Positions 9,306 to 18,997 of a DNA stretch of 64,000 bases are shown piece after piece. Below the pieces are notes generated by a model that saw only the letters and a program-made list of their open reading frames with translations, was not told where the DNA came from and made no database searches. The DNA is taken from positions 782 through 64,781 of the forward strand of contig JBPPMH010000100.1 of the NCBI GenBank assembly GCA_051305945.1, written 5' to 3'. The position numbers and the translations under genes are program-made. The stretch's first letter is position 1; every line of letters begins with the position of its first letter. Source of the DNA: Gemmatimonadaceae bacterium. GTDB taxonomy: Bacteria > Gemmatimonadota > Gemmatimonadetes > Gemmatimonadales > Gemmatimonadaceae.

Positions 9306-10712
9306 ATGACCGATAAGAAAACCGAAGCCGAAGCGGCGGCCACCAGCTCGCGCTCGCAGAACGTCGTCCGTGTCCTACCGCGGGACTGGAGCTCGCTCGC
9401 CGAGGTCATCACCCCGTCCATGGAGCGGATAGACGGCACGGTCGCGGCGACACAGTTCCTGGTCGTCACGCCGGATCCGTCCAGCACCTTCGCGGTCGTG
9501 CGAGGTGCCTTCGAGCGGTTTGGAACCGTGGGCATCGATCTTTTCCCGGCTACCGCCGAGCACCGAGCGGCGCGGCTCATGGCCGGCGTGCCGGTACCGG
9601 CGGTGGCGGGGCCACCCGAGGTCCTCCGCGCGCTGATGGCCCGCTCCGTCCTCCGGGTGGACGGCGTCAAATCCGTGCTGTTCACGTGGATCGAGGACGT
9701 CATCGAGGCCGGCGGCGACCAACTCGCCGCGCTCGAGGCGGTTCTCGCCGAGGTTCCGGAAACCGCGTCCCGAACGCTGGTGGTGCGGGAGGTGACCCCC
9801 GCCGTCCAGAGCTTCATTGACCGGTACATGTTCCGCGCGCGGCGCGCGACGGCCGCGGTCGTTACGCCGGAAGGCGAGGAGCCTCAGCCGATGGCGATGG
9901 AGTACGTCACTACGCCCTCGGCGGCACGGCCGGCGTCGCTCTGGCGGCTGCTCGACGAGCTCGACCCGCCCTCGGCGGTGGTGATCGCCCGGCACCCCGA
10001 ATCGCAAGCCGACGCGAAGCGGACGCTGGCGCAGCTCGGCTATCGCCGCGGCGACGATCCTGTGACCGTGAGCACCGCGCCGGCGGGCGAGAACGTCCAC
10101 ACGATCGTCTTCTACGATCCGCCGCTGGCGCAGGCCGACGTCGAGGCCGCGCGCGCGGTGACCGCGGCGCGCGTGATCGCGTTCGTCGAGGCGGGCGACC
10201 TGACCGGGCTCAAGCAGCTCACCGGCGGACTAGCGAAGCCGCTCGCGGTGGGCGACGCCGTGCGGCAGGCGCGCCGCAAGGACGACACTCTGCGCGCGGA
10301 GCTCAGGCAGGTGCTCGATACGGGTGTCGCGTTCCGGGAGATGACGGCGCTCGAGCCGCTGCTGGAGCAGTACGACGCGGTCGAGGTGGCTGCGGCGCTG
10401 CTGCGGCTGCTCGAGCGGGAGCGCGAGCACGCGCTGACCGTCCCCGTCGCGCCGAAGCCGCCCAAGCCCGCGCGGGAGGACAGACCACCGCGCAGAGAGG
10501 AGAGACCGCCGCGCGGACGGGACGACAGACCCCCCCGCTCACGCGACGACAGGCCACCACGCGGCCGGGACGACAGGCCACCGCGCGGTCGGGATGATCG
10601 TCCGCCACGCAGTGGGCCGCCACGGGATTCCGGACGCTACGCCGGTCGCGACTCGGGCCGCGCGGGCCCGCCCCGCGGGCGCGGAGGAGATCGCGGAGGC
10701 AGCCGCAGGTGA
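9306..10712 (+). CDS. DEAD-box-helicase-like protein lacking ATPase motifs, with an Arg/Pro/Asp repeat tail
   Basis: I chose the ATG at 9306 (MTDKKTE...). The segment order resembles a DEAD-box core (LVVTPDPS.., [11 protein letters not shown].., TLVVREVTP.., AVVIARHPE.., TIVFYDPP.., RVIAFVE..). No GK[ST], DEAD or SAT motif is present. The tail is (DRPPRGRD)n. Confidence 0.5.
   Translation: MTDKKTEAEAAATSSRSQNVVRVLPRDWSSLAEVITPSMERIDGTVAATQFLVVTPDPSSTFAVVRGAFERFGTVGIDLFPATAEHRAARLMAGVPVPAVAGPPEVLRALMARSVLRVDGVKSVLFTWIEDVIEAGGDQLAALEAVLAEVPETASRTLVVREVTPAVQSFIDRYMFRARRATAAVVTPEGEEPQPMAMEYVTTPSAARPASLWRLLDELDPPSAVVIARHPESQADAKRTLAQLGYRRGDDPVTVSTAPAGENVHTIVFYDPPLAQADVEAARAVTAARVIAFVEAGDLTGLKQLTGGLAKPLAVGDAVRQARRKDDTLRAELRQVLDTGVAFREMTALEPLLEQYDAVEVAAALLRLLEREREHALTVPVAPKPPKPAREDRPPRREERPPRGRDDRPPRSRDDRPPRGRDDRPPRGRDDRPPRSGPPRDSGRYAGRDSGRAGPPRGRGGDRGGSRR
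10475..10612 (+). repeat. About six tandem 24-nt coding repeats (E/D-D-R-P-P-R-x-R)
   Basis: gaggacagaccaccgcgcaga / gaggagagaccgccgcgcggacgg / gacgacagacccccccgctcacgc / gacgacaggccaccacgcggccgg / gacgacaggccaccgcgcggtcgg / gatgatcgtccgccacgc. Confidence 0.9.
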
Positions 10713-11320
10713 GCTCGATCTTTCAGCCCGCGGGCGGTTGGGTCGAGGTGATCGCCGGCGTGATGTTCAGCGGCAAGAGCGAAGAGCTGATCCGGCGCGT
10801 TCGCCGGTCCCTGATCGCGCGGAAGAAGGCGCAGGTGTTCAAATCGCACCTGGACGAGCGCTATTCGGGGATCTACGCCATTTCCAGTCACGACGGCCGC
10901 GTGGTCGAAGCGATTCCGGTGGATTCGTCTTTGCAGTTGGCACGCGCGGTAGATCCAGGGGCGCACGTCATTGCGATCGACGAAGCCCAGTTTCTGGATG
11001 CGGGTATCGTCGGAGTCGTGAGCGATCTCGCACAGCGCGGTCGCCGGGTGATCGTCGCGGGCACGGACACCGATTTTCGCGGCGAGCCTTTTGGCGCGAT
11101 GCCGCAGCTGATGGCCATAGCCGAGGTCGTGGACAAGCTGCACGCCATCTGCGTCATGTGCGGCGGACCCGCGAGCCGCAATCAGCGGCTGATCGACGGG
11201 AAGCCCGCCCCCTACTCATCCCCCCAGATCATGGTCGGAGCGGCCGATTCGTACGAGGCGCGGTGCCGGATGTGCCATTCCGTGCCGGCGGCGGATGCCG
11301 CGCAGGTGACTCTGCTATAA
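10709..11320 (+). CDS. tdk: Thymidine kinase
   Basis: It has the P-loop [14 protein letters not shown], the motif IAIDEAQF, and a C-terminal Zn ribbon C..C...C..C (AICVMCG...ARCRMCH). There is a 4-nt overlap with the preceding gene. Confidence 0.9.
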   Translation: MSSIFQPAGGWVEVIAGVMFSGKSEELIRRVRRSLIARKKAQVFKSHLDERYSGIYAISSHDGRVVEAIPVDSSLQLARAVDPGAHVIAIDEAQFLDAGIVGVVSDLAQRGRRVIVAGTDTDFRGEPFGAMPQLMAIAEVVDKLHAICVMCGGPASRNQRLIDGKPAPYSSPQIMVGAADSYEARCRMCHSVPAADAAQVTLL

Positions 11321-11351
11321 CTGCCACTATAACTGCCACATAGAACTGCCA
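11316..11351. repeat. 12-nt tandem repeat (TATAACTGCCAC x2 plus ATAGAACTGCCA) overlapping the tdk stop
   Basis: Read directly: ctaTAACTGCCACTATAACTGCCACATAGAACTGCCAag. The related word gaagctgccagc occurs at 11371-11382. Confidence 0.9.
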
Positions 11352-11592
11352 AGCTGGTAGCCGCCAGCAGGAAGCTGCCAGCTACGAGCTAAGGCCCTCG
11401 AATCCCCGCTTGCCCCCCCGCCGTTACGCCCCAACGGGCCTGCGGATAAACGGTTAACGCTTAACGCGCCCCGTATTTCCGTTCCCCGTCATGCGTTTAC
11501 ACAAACTCGGCATTGCTCCTGCCTAGTTAATCCCCCAAAGTGTACTCCCCGCCGGGCAACCGGCGGTTCACCCGCACCCGACCCCTACCGCA

Positions 11593-12219
11593 ATGCTTCT
11601 CGTTGGCCTGACAGGCAACATCGCCGGAGGAAAGACCGAGGTCAGCCGCCTCCTCGACGAGCTCGGCGCGACCATCATAGACTCCGACGTGCTGTCCCGC
11701 GAGGTCGTGGAGCCCGGCACGCCGGCGCTGGCCGCGATCGCCGCGAACTGGGGAAGGTCGGTGCTCGCCGCGGACGGCTCACTCGACCGGGAAGCGCTGC
11801 GCAGCACCGTCTTTCAGGATCCCGATGAGCTGCAGGAGCTGAACGAGATCGTGCATCCGCAGATCGAGAAGCGGCGCGATGACCTCATCGCCGAAGCGCG
11901 TGAGCGGGGTGACAGCGTAGTGGTGTGCGTCGTCCCGCTGCTGTTCGAGAAGCACCTGGTGGACGAGTTCGACAAGATCGTGCTGGTGGACGCGCCGCGG
12001 CCCATTCGCTTCGAGCGGCTGCAGAAGAAGCGTGGCATCGAGGAGGCCGAAGCGCTGCGGATGATCGCCGCGCAGATGCCCGCCGAGCTCAAGAAGGCGC
12101 GCGCCGACTACGTGCTGGAGAACACCGGATCCATCGCCGAGCTCCGGAAGGAAGTCGAGAAGCTGTGGTCCGATCTACAGAGCGAGGCCACCGTCACCGA
12201 GGAAGCGCCGGTATCCTGA
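11593..12219 (+). CDS. coaE: Dephospho-CoA kinase
   Basis: It begins MLLVGLTGNIAGGKTEVSRLL (P-loop) and has typical CoaE length and pattern. Confidence 0.9.
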   Translation: MLLVGLTGNIAGGKTEVSRLLDELGATIIDSDVLSREVVEPGTPALAAIAANWGRSVLAADGSLDREALRSTVFQDPDELQELNEIVHPQIEKRRDDLIAEARERGDSVVVCVVPLLFEKHLVDEFDKIVLVDAPRPIRFERLQKKRGIEEAEALRMIAAQMPAELKKARADYVLENTGSIAELRKEVEKLWSDLQSEATVTEEAPVS

Positions 12220-12254
12220 GCCCTGGCCTCACGGTCTGACTTCCCATCCCGGGC

Positions 12255-13655
12255 TCAACGAACGGTGAGGTTGTACTCCGAGCCATCGTCCGGACTCCCG
12301 ACCTCAAAGCTGTAGTACCCGTCAGTGAGCGGAACGAATGAGAGCTTGAGTATCCACCACACGGATTCCGCGTAACCCGTGGCCACGAGGGTGGAGCTCG
12401 CGTCACGCATCAAGAGGTAGTGGTCGCTGTAGGAAATGTCCTCGACTTCGACCGAGACTGCGACGCCCTGTTGCAGGTACACGAGGAACTTGTCGTAACC
12501 TCCCAACGGCCCCGCACAGTCCGACTGTGCCGAGGTCCTCTGCAGGGTCTCGGGGCTCCCCGGGACCACGAACATGGGATGGCAACCCGTCGCCTCACTG
12601 GTCTCCGGCGAATACACGACCGCGTATTTCCCCAGCTCGCCCGGGACTTTGGACACGACCCTGATCGTGTACCGGCCGGCTGGCAGGATGGCGTTGATCA
12701 GCGAGTTCCTGGTCCCTCCGAAATCGTCATTGAACGCAACCGGGTGGCTCCCACGGAGCGTGATCTCGGTATCGAAGTCCGCGGACGTCACCCGGATGCG
12801 AAATCCACCCTCGGGGATCTCGATCTCGACCTCGTCGTAGCTTTTCCCATCGGGCTGGATGCAGCTCGCCGCGTCCAGAGCAAGCTGGACCGGGATGGAA
12901 TGAGGGATGGTGACGCGCTCGCCGCACGCGTGCGACCAGTCAAGCACCGTGGCGGAAAAGATCACCTCGGGAAGGCCTGGTACGCTCGCCGACAGCCTTT
13001 GCACGCCGGACGCGCCGGCCACCCAGTCCCCTACCCTTGCCTCACCCTTGCCGTCGGTGACAGGGCTGGAGCCGGTGACTGAGCCTCCTCCGCTCACAAC
13101 GGCAAACGTGACGGCTACGCCAGCGATCGGGTTACGGTATGCATCCAACACCGAGACCGTCGGCCGGATCAGCAGCGCGGTCCCGGACGAGACAGTCTGT
13201 CCATCTCCCGTCACCTTTTCGATCGTTTCAGGGGCTCCCGGTCGGCCGAACGTAACGAAAGCCACCCACCTCGTTTCCGATAGGCTCGCCGTCACGAAGT
13301 TGTCTCCAGCGGGAAGGCCAATGACCCAAACCGGGCTCGCAATACCGTCCGAGCCCGTTGTCACCGTCAACGACCGGTGGGTATTGCCGGGCTCCGCGTC
13401 GTAAGTGGATCGATTTGCGACAGCGCCCAATCCCGTGGCCGTGAAGGCCACCGGCACCCCTGGCACCGGCACGCCCGCGCCGTTCGTCACGATTACCGCG
13501 AGGTGGTCGCGAAGAACCGCGGCCACGGTCGTCGTGTCGGAGGTCGCGCCGAGCGCAGCGAGCGTGTACCCGGCGACAGGGTCGGGGTCCGGAGCAGTAA
13601 CGTCTCCGCCACAGGACAGGCTCGAGACGGCGGCGAGCATCAGAATGCGCTTCAT
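12255..13655 (-). CDS. Secreted or lipoprotein with Ig-like (Big) domains and C-terminal pre-peptidase-C-like domains
   Basis: I chose the start at MKRILMLAAVSSLSCGG (13655). It has repeated VTFAVVSGGGSVTG...DGKGEARV-type Big segments and C-terminal beta-rich modules. Confidence 0.55.
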   Translation of the reverse strand: MKRILMLAAVSSLSCGGDVTAPDPDPVAGYTLAALGATSDTTTVAAVLRDHLAVIVTNGAGVPVPGVPVAFTATGLGAVANRSTYDAEPGNTHRSLTVTTGSDGIASPVWVIGLPAGDNFVTASLSETRWVAFVTFGRPGAPETIEKVTGDGQTVSSGTALLIRPTVSVLDAYRNPIAGVAVTFAVVSGGGSVTGSSPVTDGKGEARVGDWVAGASGVQRLSASVPGLPEVIFSATVLDWSHACGERVTIPHSIPVQLALDAASCIQPDGKSYDEVEIEIPEGGFRIRVTSADFDTEITLRGSHPVAFNDDFGGTRNSLINAILPAGRYTIRVVSKVPGELGKYAVVYSPETSEATGCHPMFVVPGSPETLQRTSAQSDCAGPLGGYDKFLVYLQQGVAVSVEVEDISYSDHYLLMRDASSTLVATGYAESVWWILKLSFVPLTDGYYSFEVGSPDDGSEYNLTVR

Positions 13656-13861
13656 GGGTTCCTTCCGGTTGGCTGACGGTCGGTCCCTCGAGGGCCCCAA
13701 CGGGCGGCCCCGAGGGAAATCGTTGCGTGTCATTGAGACCCCGCTCATGTTGGGCGGGCGTACTCTGGTCGCGACTCCCACTCAATAGCACGGAAAATCG
13801 CGGCTCTGCCCGACATTGACGTGCAGTTGCGCATTCCCGCAGGCGAGCGACACGTGACCAC

Positions 13862-14419
13862 ATGGACTCATTAGACGCTTCGAGAGGCCCCACGGAGCCC
13901 CCAGCCGGCCGCCGGGAAACTCTCGACCGGCTCATGCCGATCGTCTACGAGCAGCTCCGGGCCATCGCTCACCGCCAGCTCTCCGCCCGGGAGCACGGCG
14001 CGACGCTGAATACGACCGGCCTCGTTCACGAAGCATATCTGAAGCTCGTGGAGCAATCGCGAATCGCATGGCGCGACCGCGGCCATTTCTTCGCGCTCGC
14101 GTCCGTGGCCATGCGCCATGTTCTGGTTGACCGGGCACGTGCACGCCTGTCGCAGAAACGGGAGGGGACGTTTCACAGGGTGACGCTGGACAGCGAGCAG
14201 ATCCCCGTGGACGATCAGCCGCAGGCACTGCTGGACCTGAACGAAGCCATCGAGCGCCTGTCGGAGGTCGAGCCGCGGCTGGGCCAAGTCGTCGAGTGTC
14301 GTTTTTTCGGCGGTCTCAGCGAAGAGGATACGGCTGAAGCTCTCGGCGTAACGGCGCGGACGGTTCAGCGCGACTGGGCGAAGGCGAAAATGCTTCTCCG
14401 CCGGGACCTCGCCAACTGA
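13862..14419 (+). CDS. ECF-type RNA polymerase sigma factor (TIGR02999-like)
   Basis: The N-terminus is ...LDRLMPIVYEQLRAIAHRQL...TLNTTGLVHEAYLKL, with region 4 GLSEEDTAEALGVTARTVQRDW. Confidence 0.85.
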   Translation: MDSLDASRGPTEPPAGRRETLDRLMPIVYEQLRAIAHRQLSAREHGATLNTTGLVHEAYLKLVEQSRIAWRDRGHFFALASVAMRHVLVDRARARLSQKREGTFHRVTLDSEQIPVDDQPQALLDLNEAIERLSEVEPRLGQVVECRFFGGLSEEDTAEALGVTARTVQRDWAKAKMLLRRDLAN

Positions 14420-14442
14420 GCGGCGGTCCAGCCCCGCAACCG

Positions 14443-16899
14443 ATGCTTCCATCCGAATGGCGTGAGCTGGAGCCGCTCATCGACCGGATACTCGACGCGC
14501 CCGCTGCGGAGCGCGAAAAGCTCGCGTGGGAGCTGAGCGGCCCGGATCAGGCGCGCTTCGAAGCGCTGATGGAAATGACCTCGGAGTGCGAGAGCGCGGC
14601 ACCTTTTCTGTCGAGACCCGCCGGCGAACGCTTCGCGCGGCTGTTCGACGAGCCGGAAAAGCCAATGCCCGAGGCGCTGGGCAGCTACAGGATAGAGCGC
14701 GAAATCGGTCGCGGCGGGATGGCCCGCGTATACCTCGCCAGGGACGGGAAACATTCCCGCCATGTCGCGGTAAAGGTCATCCGATCCGAGCTCGCGGCGT
14801 CGCTCGGGCGCGAGCGGTTCCTCCGCGAGATCGCGATCGCGGCACGCCTCCGGCACCCGAACATCCTTCCACTGTTCGACTCGGGCGACCAGGACGGGAT
14901 CCTGTACTTCGTGATGCCGTTGGAGGAAGGCCCGTCGCTGCGCCAGTGTCTGGAGAGCGCATCTTCGTTTTCCGTGAGCGAACGGCTGGGAATCCTGCGC
15001 GACATCGCGCGCGCGCTCGCGTACGCCCACGCTCGTGGGGTAGTGCACCGCGACATCAAGCCCGACAACGTGATGTTGTCCAGCGGAGCCGCGGTGGTCA
15101 CTGATTTCGGGATCGCGACGGCCGTCAGCGCCGCGCAGGCTGGCGCTCCCGGAGTTGCGCCGGGTCCCGCCGACTTTGGAGCTGGAACGCCCGAGTACAT
15201 GGCGCCGGAACAGGCGCGCGGCGATCCGAAAACCGATCACCGCGCGGACATTTTTTCTTTCGGAGGCGTGGCCCGTGAGCTTTTCGCCGATACGGCCGCG
15301 CCCAAAGCAGTCTCGGCCCTTATCGCCCGCTGCCTGCAAGAGGATCCGGCCGCGCGGCCGCAGACTGCGCAGGAAATCCTCGCCGAGCTGGAGCGTTCTC
15401 AGGACAGCGCGCGAGGAGTAGTACCCGTGGCTCTCCGCTACCGGGTAGCGGCGGGCGCGGCGGTAGCCGCGGGCCTGCTCGCTCTCGTCGCAATCGCGTA
15501 CACGAGCACGCCCCGTGGCGCGACGGACGCTGCCGGTGACCGGACGGTGGCGGTCCTTCCGCTGGTCAGCGTCGGCGGCGACTCCATGCAGCAGGAGCTT
15601 GCGGACGGATTGAGTGACGAGGTGGCCACCGAGCTCTTCAAGGTGGATGGCGTCAGAGTGGTGAGCCGCCGCGGCGTCCGGAACTATCGCAGGAAGCGCG
15701 ACCTCGATCCCAAAGCAGCGGGCCGGACACTTGGAGCGCGCTTTCTCGTGATGGGGACGCTTCGCGAGGTGGACGGCCGGCTCGTCGTTCTGTCGCAGCT
15801 CCTCGATGCCAGGACAGGGGCGTTGTTGTGGTCGGATCGTTTCGACCGCTCGCAGTTCGATCTTGGTCCGGTTCGCGATGAGATCGTCCGATCTGTCGGC
15901 GATACCATTCGCAGAATTGCCGGCTTGAGCGTCGCGGCCGCGAAGCCACCCGAAGCCAAAGGGCGCAGCAGCAATGCCGACGCCTACCGGCTTTACATCC
16001 TGGCGCAGAATGCGCTTTATCGCCGCGGCCTGAGCATTCAGTCGAGCGTTGACATGTTCAGGCGCGCCACCCAGGTGGACACGATGTACGCGAGCGCGTA
16101 TTCCGGCCTGAGCATGGCGCTCGCACTTTCGCCGCATTTCGGCCCCACCGCGCCCGACCAGGTCGCAACGGAAGCAGCGGCGATGGCGGAGCGGGCGATA
16201 CGCCTCGATTCAACGCTCGCCCAGCCGCACATTGCGCTCGGAGTCGTGCATCAGAACGGCTACGACTGGGCGCGGGCCGGCGCAGAGTTTCGCAAAGCCA
16301 TCTCCCTCGACCCGCGCGATGTCGAAGCGCGTGTGCAGTATGGGAGGCACCTGCTCTTTCGAGGCCGCCTCGACGATGCCTTGCGCCAGTTTCTTTCGGC
16401 GCGGTCGGAAGATCCCGCCTCGGCGCTGGTGTCGAGCTGGGTCTCGTACTCGTACTACGTGCGAGGCGCCATGGATAGCGCGGTCGTGGAGAGCAATCGC
16501 GCCTTCCAGAGCGACTCGAACAACACTACAACTCTTGTTCTCGGTGCCCTCGTCCGGCTCAAGGCGGGGCGCAGTGCAGAGGCGCGCCAGTTCGTGCTGC
16601 GTGGCCCCCCGGCAAACGAGTCGGTGTTTTACGTGTTAGCTGCAATCGGCGATACCGCCGAGGCCATGAAACGGCTTCGCGCGTTCGAGAACACCAGCCC
16701 CCGGCGATGGCGCGCGGAAACAAACCGTGCGTACGCAATGCTGGGGGCAGGTGACACTGAAAAAGCTCTCGATGCGTTCGAGCGCGCAACGGACGCCAGA
16801 GAGATCTGGCCTTCGCTGCATTCCACACACGACCCCATCTTCGATCCCATCCGCGAGAACCCGCGTTTCCAGAAGCTGCTTCGTCGCGTCGGCTTGTAG
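14443..16899 (+). CDS. Ser/Thr protein kinase with a TM segment and periplasmic TolB-N-like plus TPR region
   Basis: Kinase motifs are GRGGMARVY, VAVK, HRDIKPDN, DFGIA and APE. A TM segment (AAVAAGLLALVAIAY) is followed by TVAVLPLVSVGGD... and TPR-like repeats. Confidence 0.9.
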   Translation: MLPSEWRELEPLIDRILDAPAAEREKLAWELSGPDQARFEALMEMTSECESAAPFLSRPAGERFARLFDEPEKPMPEALGSYRIEREIGRGGMARVYLARDGKHSRHVAVKVIRSELAASLGRERFLREIAIAARLRHPNILPLFDSGDQDGILYFVMPLEEGPSLRQCLESASSFSVSERLGILRDIARALAYAHARGVVHRDIKPDNVMLSSGAAVVTDFGIATAVSAAQAGAPGVAPGPADFGAGTPEYMAPEQARGDPKTDHRADIFSFGGVARELFADTAAPKAVSALIARCLQEDPAARPQTAQEILAELERSQDSARGVVPVALRYRVAAGAAVAAGLLALVAIAYTSTPRGATDAAGDRTVAVLPLVSVGGDSMQQELADGLSDEVATELFKVDGVRVVSRRGVRNYRRKRDLDPKAAGRTLGARFLVMGTLREVDGRLVVLSQLLDARTGALLWSDRFDRSQFDLGPVRDEIVRSVGDTIRRIAGLSVAAAKPPEAKGRSSNADAYRLYILAQNALYRRGLSIQSSVDMFRRATQVDTMYASAYSGLSMALALSPHFGPTAPDQVATEAAAMAERAIRLDSTLAQPHIALGVVHQNGYDWARAGAEFRKAISLDPRDVEARVQYGRHLLFRGRLDDALRQFLSARSEDPASALVSSWVSYSYYVRGAMDSAVVESNRAFQSDSNNTTTLVLGALVRLKAGRSAEARQFVLRGPPANESVFYVLAAIGDTAEAMKRLRAFENTSPRRWRAETNRAYAMLGAGDTEKALDAFERATDAREIWPSLHSTHDPIFDPIRENPRFQKLLRRVGL

Positions 16900-16906
16900 C
16901 CGGGCT

Positions 16907-18385
16907 CTACTCCGGCAAGGCACACACTTTCGCGGGGTCGTAGGCGGCCCATTTTCCGTTTCCTATCGCGGCGTCGTCAACGCTCAGCGTATTTCCCGTG
17001 CCGGCCGGATGCGAGTACCACGCATTCACCCATGGCACGTTCCCGTTGAGCGACACTTTGAAGGTTGAGTTCTTCAATGGCGCGCCCGACTGCAACCCGA
17101 CCGCCGCGGCCTGCGAATCCAGCGCAATCAACAGCGGTGCCTGACAGCTCTCGCTCAGCTTGTTGTTGTGCAAAGAGAGCTCTATGTCGCCTCGCAGCGT
17201 CGTGTTCGCGACCGGGAAGCCCGCCTCCGCGACGACGGCAAACCGGTTGGAAGACAGGTCGTTCCCGCTCACGGTGACCCGGGCGGTGCCGATGACACTG
17301 GGCGCGCCTGGCCCTATCGCCGCGACCCTTACCCCGATTCCAAACGGCGCCTCCTGGTGATCCCGAAACTCGTTGCTGGTGATAACCGCCGTTACCAGCG
17401 AGTTGGACGGCGGCGTGAATTGCTCCACACCGGGAGGGATCGCGGCAACTATGGCAGGAAACACCAGCACGGCCAGGCGATTCGCCGGGCCGGTCTGCCG
17501 GTTTCCGGTGACCTCGTAATCCCCGGGGCCGAACATGCATAGCGCACAGCTCCCGCCCTTTCCCGTCAGAAAATTCTTCTCGACCCTTCCGACGGAGGCT
17601 CGAAATTCCACGGGCTCCGCAAAACCGCCGCCGATCATGTTCCAGCGAACTACGAGGCGCGCGCGCATGGCCCAGATTGCGTTCCCTCCGACCAGGGCGT
17701 CGGATGCCTCGTTCCCGGATTGGAACCAGAATCCCTCGATGAGAACGCCCTCGCCGCGAGTTCCGCCGGAGTGGCTGTTCACGACGATCAACGGCTCGGC
17801 ATACTTGTCCAGAATGCTGCCTGTCCTGATGCTCACGAGACCGGGGCTGGCCCTCAGGATGGAGTTGCGCTCGTTGCTCATGTTGGCGGGGTACGTGGGC
17901 ATGCCGTCGCGGTCAATTCCCACCGTCGTTGCGCCGAGCAGCGTTATGTCGGGGATGTCGATCACGAGCGGCAGCTTCTCGAACGAGGGATCCGCCGAAG
18001 CGTTTACCGCTCCGTGATAAACGCCCGCGGCGACCTTTATCGTAATCCGGCAGGCGCCGGCGGCCAGCTCGTTGCGCGCGATCCTGGACGCGCGCGCCGC
18101 AGCGATTGCATCTCCGATTCGCCTGAAGTGGATCGAGTCACCGACTGTCTCCGCCGCCTTATCCACCAGCAGCTCGGCTACGTAATCTCCGTGAGCGAAG
18201 TGCACCGGCAGGTCGGAGGCGTAGACCGACGCTATCGCGCCCACGCCTCCCGTCGCGTGGCACACCGACACGAGCGGGCCATTCTGCTCCGGCGTCCAGA
18301 TTTCATTCTCGCCGCACGCGGCCATCAGCGCGACGAGGAGCGTCGCACCCTGCAGCGAACGGTTCAGGCGGGCAAACTTCGTCAT
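16907..18385 (-). CDS. Lipoprotein, probably a right-handed beta-helix repeat protein
   Basis: I chose the start at MTKFARLNRSLQGATLLVALMAACGE (18385). The sequence is repetitive and rich in G/N/V; the fold call is an impression only. Confidence 0.45.
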   Translation of the reverse strand: MTKFARLNRSLQGATLLVALMAACGENEIWTPEQNGPLVSVCHATGGVGAIASVYASDLPVHFAHGDYVAELLVDKAAETVGDSIHFRRIGDAIAAARASRIARNELAAGACRITIKVAAGVYHGAVNASADPSFEKLPLVIDIPDITLLGATTVGIDRDGMPTYPANMSNERNSILRASPGLVSIRTGSILDKYAEPLIVVNSHSGGTRGEGVLIEGFWFQSGNEASDALVGGNAIWAMRARLVVRWNMIGGGFAEPVEFRASVGRVEKNFLTGKGGSCALCMFGPGDYEVTGNRQTGPANRLAVLVFPAIVAAIPPGVEQFTPPSNSLVTAVITSNEFRDHQEAPFGIGVRVAAIGPGAPSVIGTARVTVSGNDLSSNRFAVVAEAGFPVANTTLRGDIELSLHNNKLSESCQAPLLIALDSQAAAVGLQSGAPLKNSTFKVSLNGNVPWVNAWYSHPAGTGNTLSVDDAAIGNGKWAAYDPAKVCALPE

Positions 18386-18501
18386 GAACAATCCGGAATC
18401 CGAGGTGAGAGGCAGTTCGCTCGAGCTTCTCCCGATCACGGGGAGCTCCTACCACCTATCACGGCAAATTCCGTGGGAACACGACGCCGCCGGCTATGCT
18501 G

Positions 18502-18900
18502 CTATTCGGGGCGGATCAGGGAGATCCCGCTGGCCAGCTCGCTCGCGCTGATCGCGCCGGAATGAATCTTCCGGATCGTGCCGGCGGAGTCAACGAATAT
18601 GGTCGTCGGCAGAAAAACGATGCGGTAGGCCTGCCGCGCCGCGCCGCGCGTGTCCAGCACTACGTCGAATCTGGCGTTCGACTGCTTGACGAACTGCCGC
18701 ACGTCTCTGGTGCTCTGCTCCTGATCGCGGCCGTTTATCGCAAGTATTCGAAGACCACTCGGCCCGGCTTCCCGATGCAGCGCCACCAGCTGCGCGAATT
18801 CCTGCCGGCAGGGACCACACCACGTGGCCCAGAAGGAGAGCACCACGGGATGGCCGCGCATCTGCGCGAGGGTGGTGGGCTTCCCGTCGAGCGTGCGCAA
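18502..18900 (-). CDS. TlpA/redoxin-family thiol:disulfide oxidoreductase
   Basis: The active site is FWATWCGPCRQEF. The ORF-track start is a TTG at 18900. See the finding on the in-frame signal-peptide extension up to about 18999. Confidence 0.8.
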   Translation of the reverse strand: MRTLDGKPTTLAQMRGHPVVLSFWATWCGPCRQEFAQLVALHREAGPSGLRILAINGRDQEQSTRDVRQFVKQSNARFDVVLDTRGAARQAYRIVFLPTTIFVDSAGTIRKIHSGAISASELASGISLIRPE

Positions 18901-18997
18901 CGCAATGGCCGGGGCCTGGCTTCCCTGCAGGCGCTGCGCCTCAGCAACATCGGCGACGACGAGCGCCGCCAGCGCGAGAATCAGGCGCGCTGGTTTT

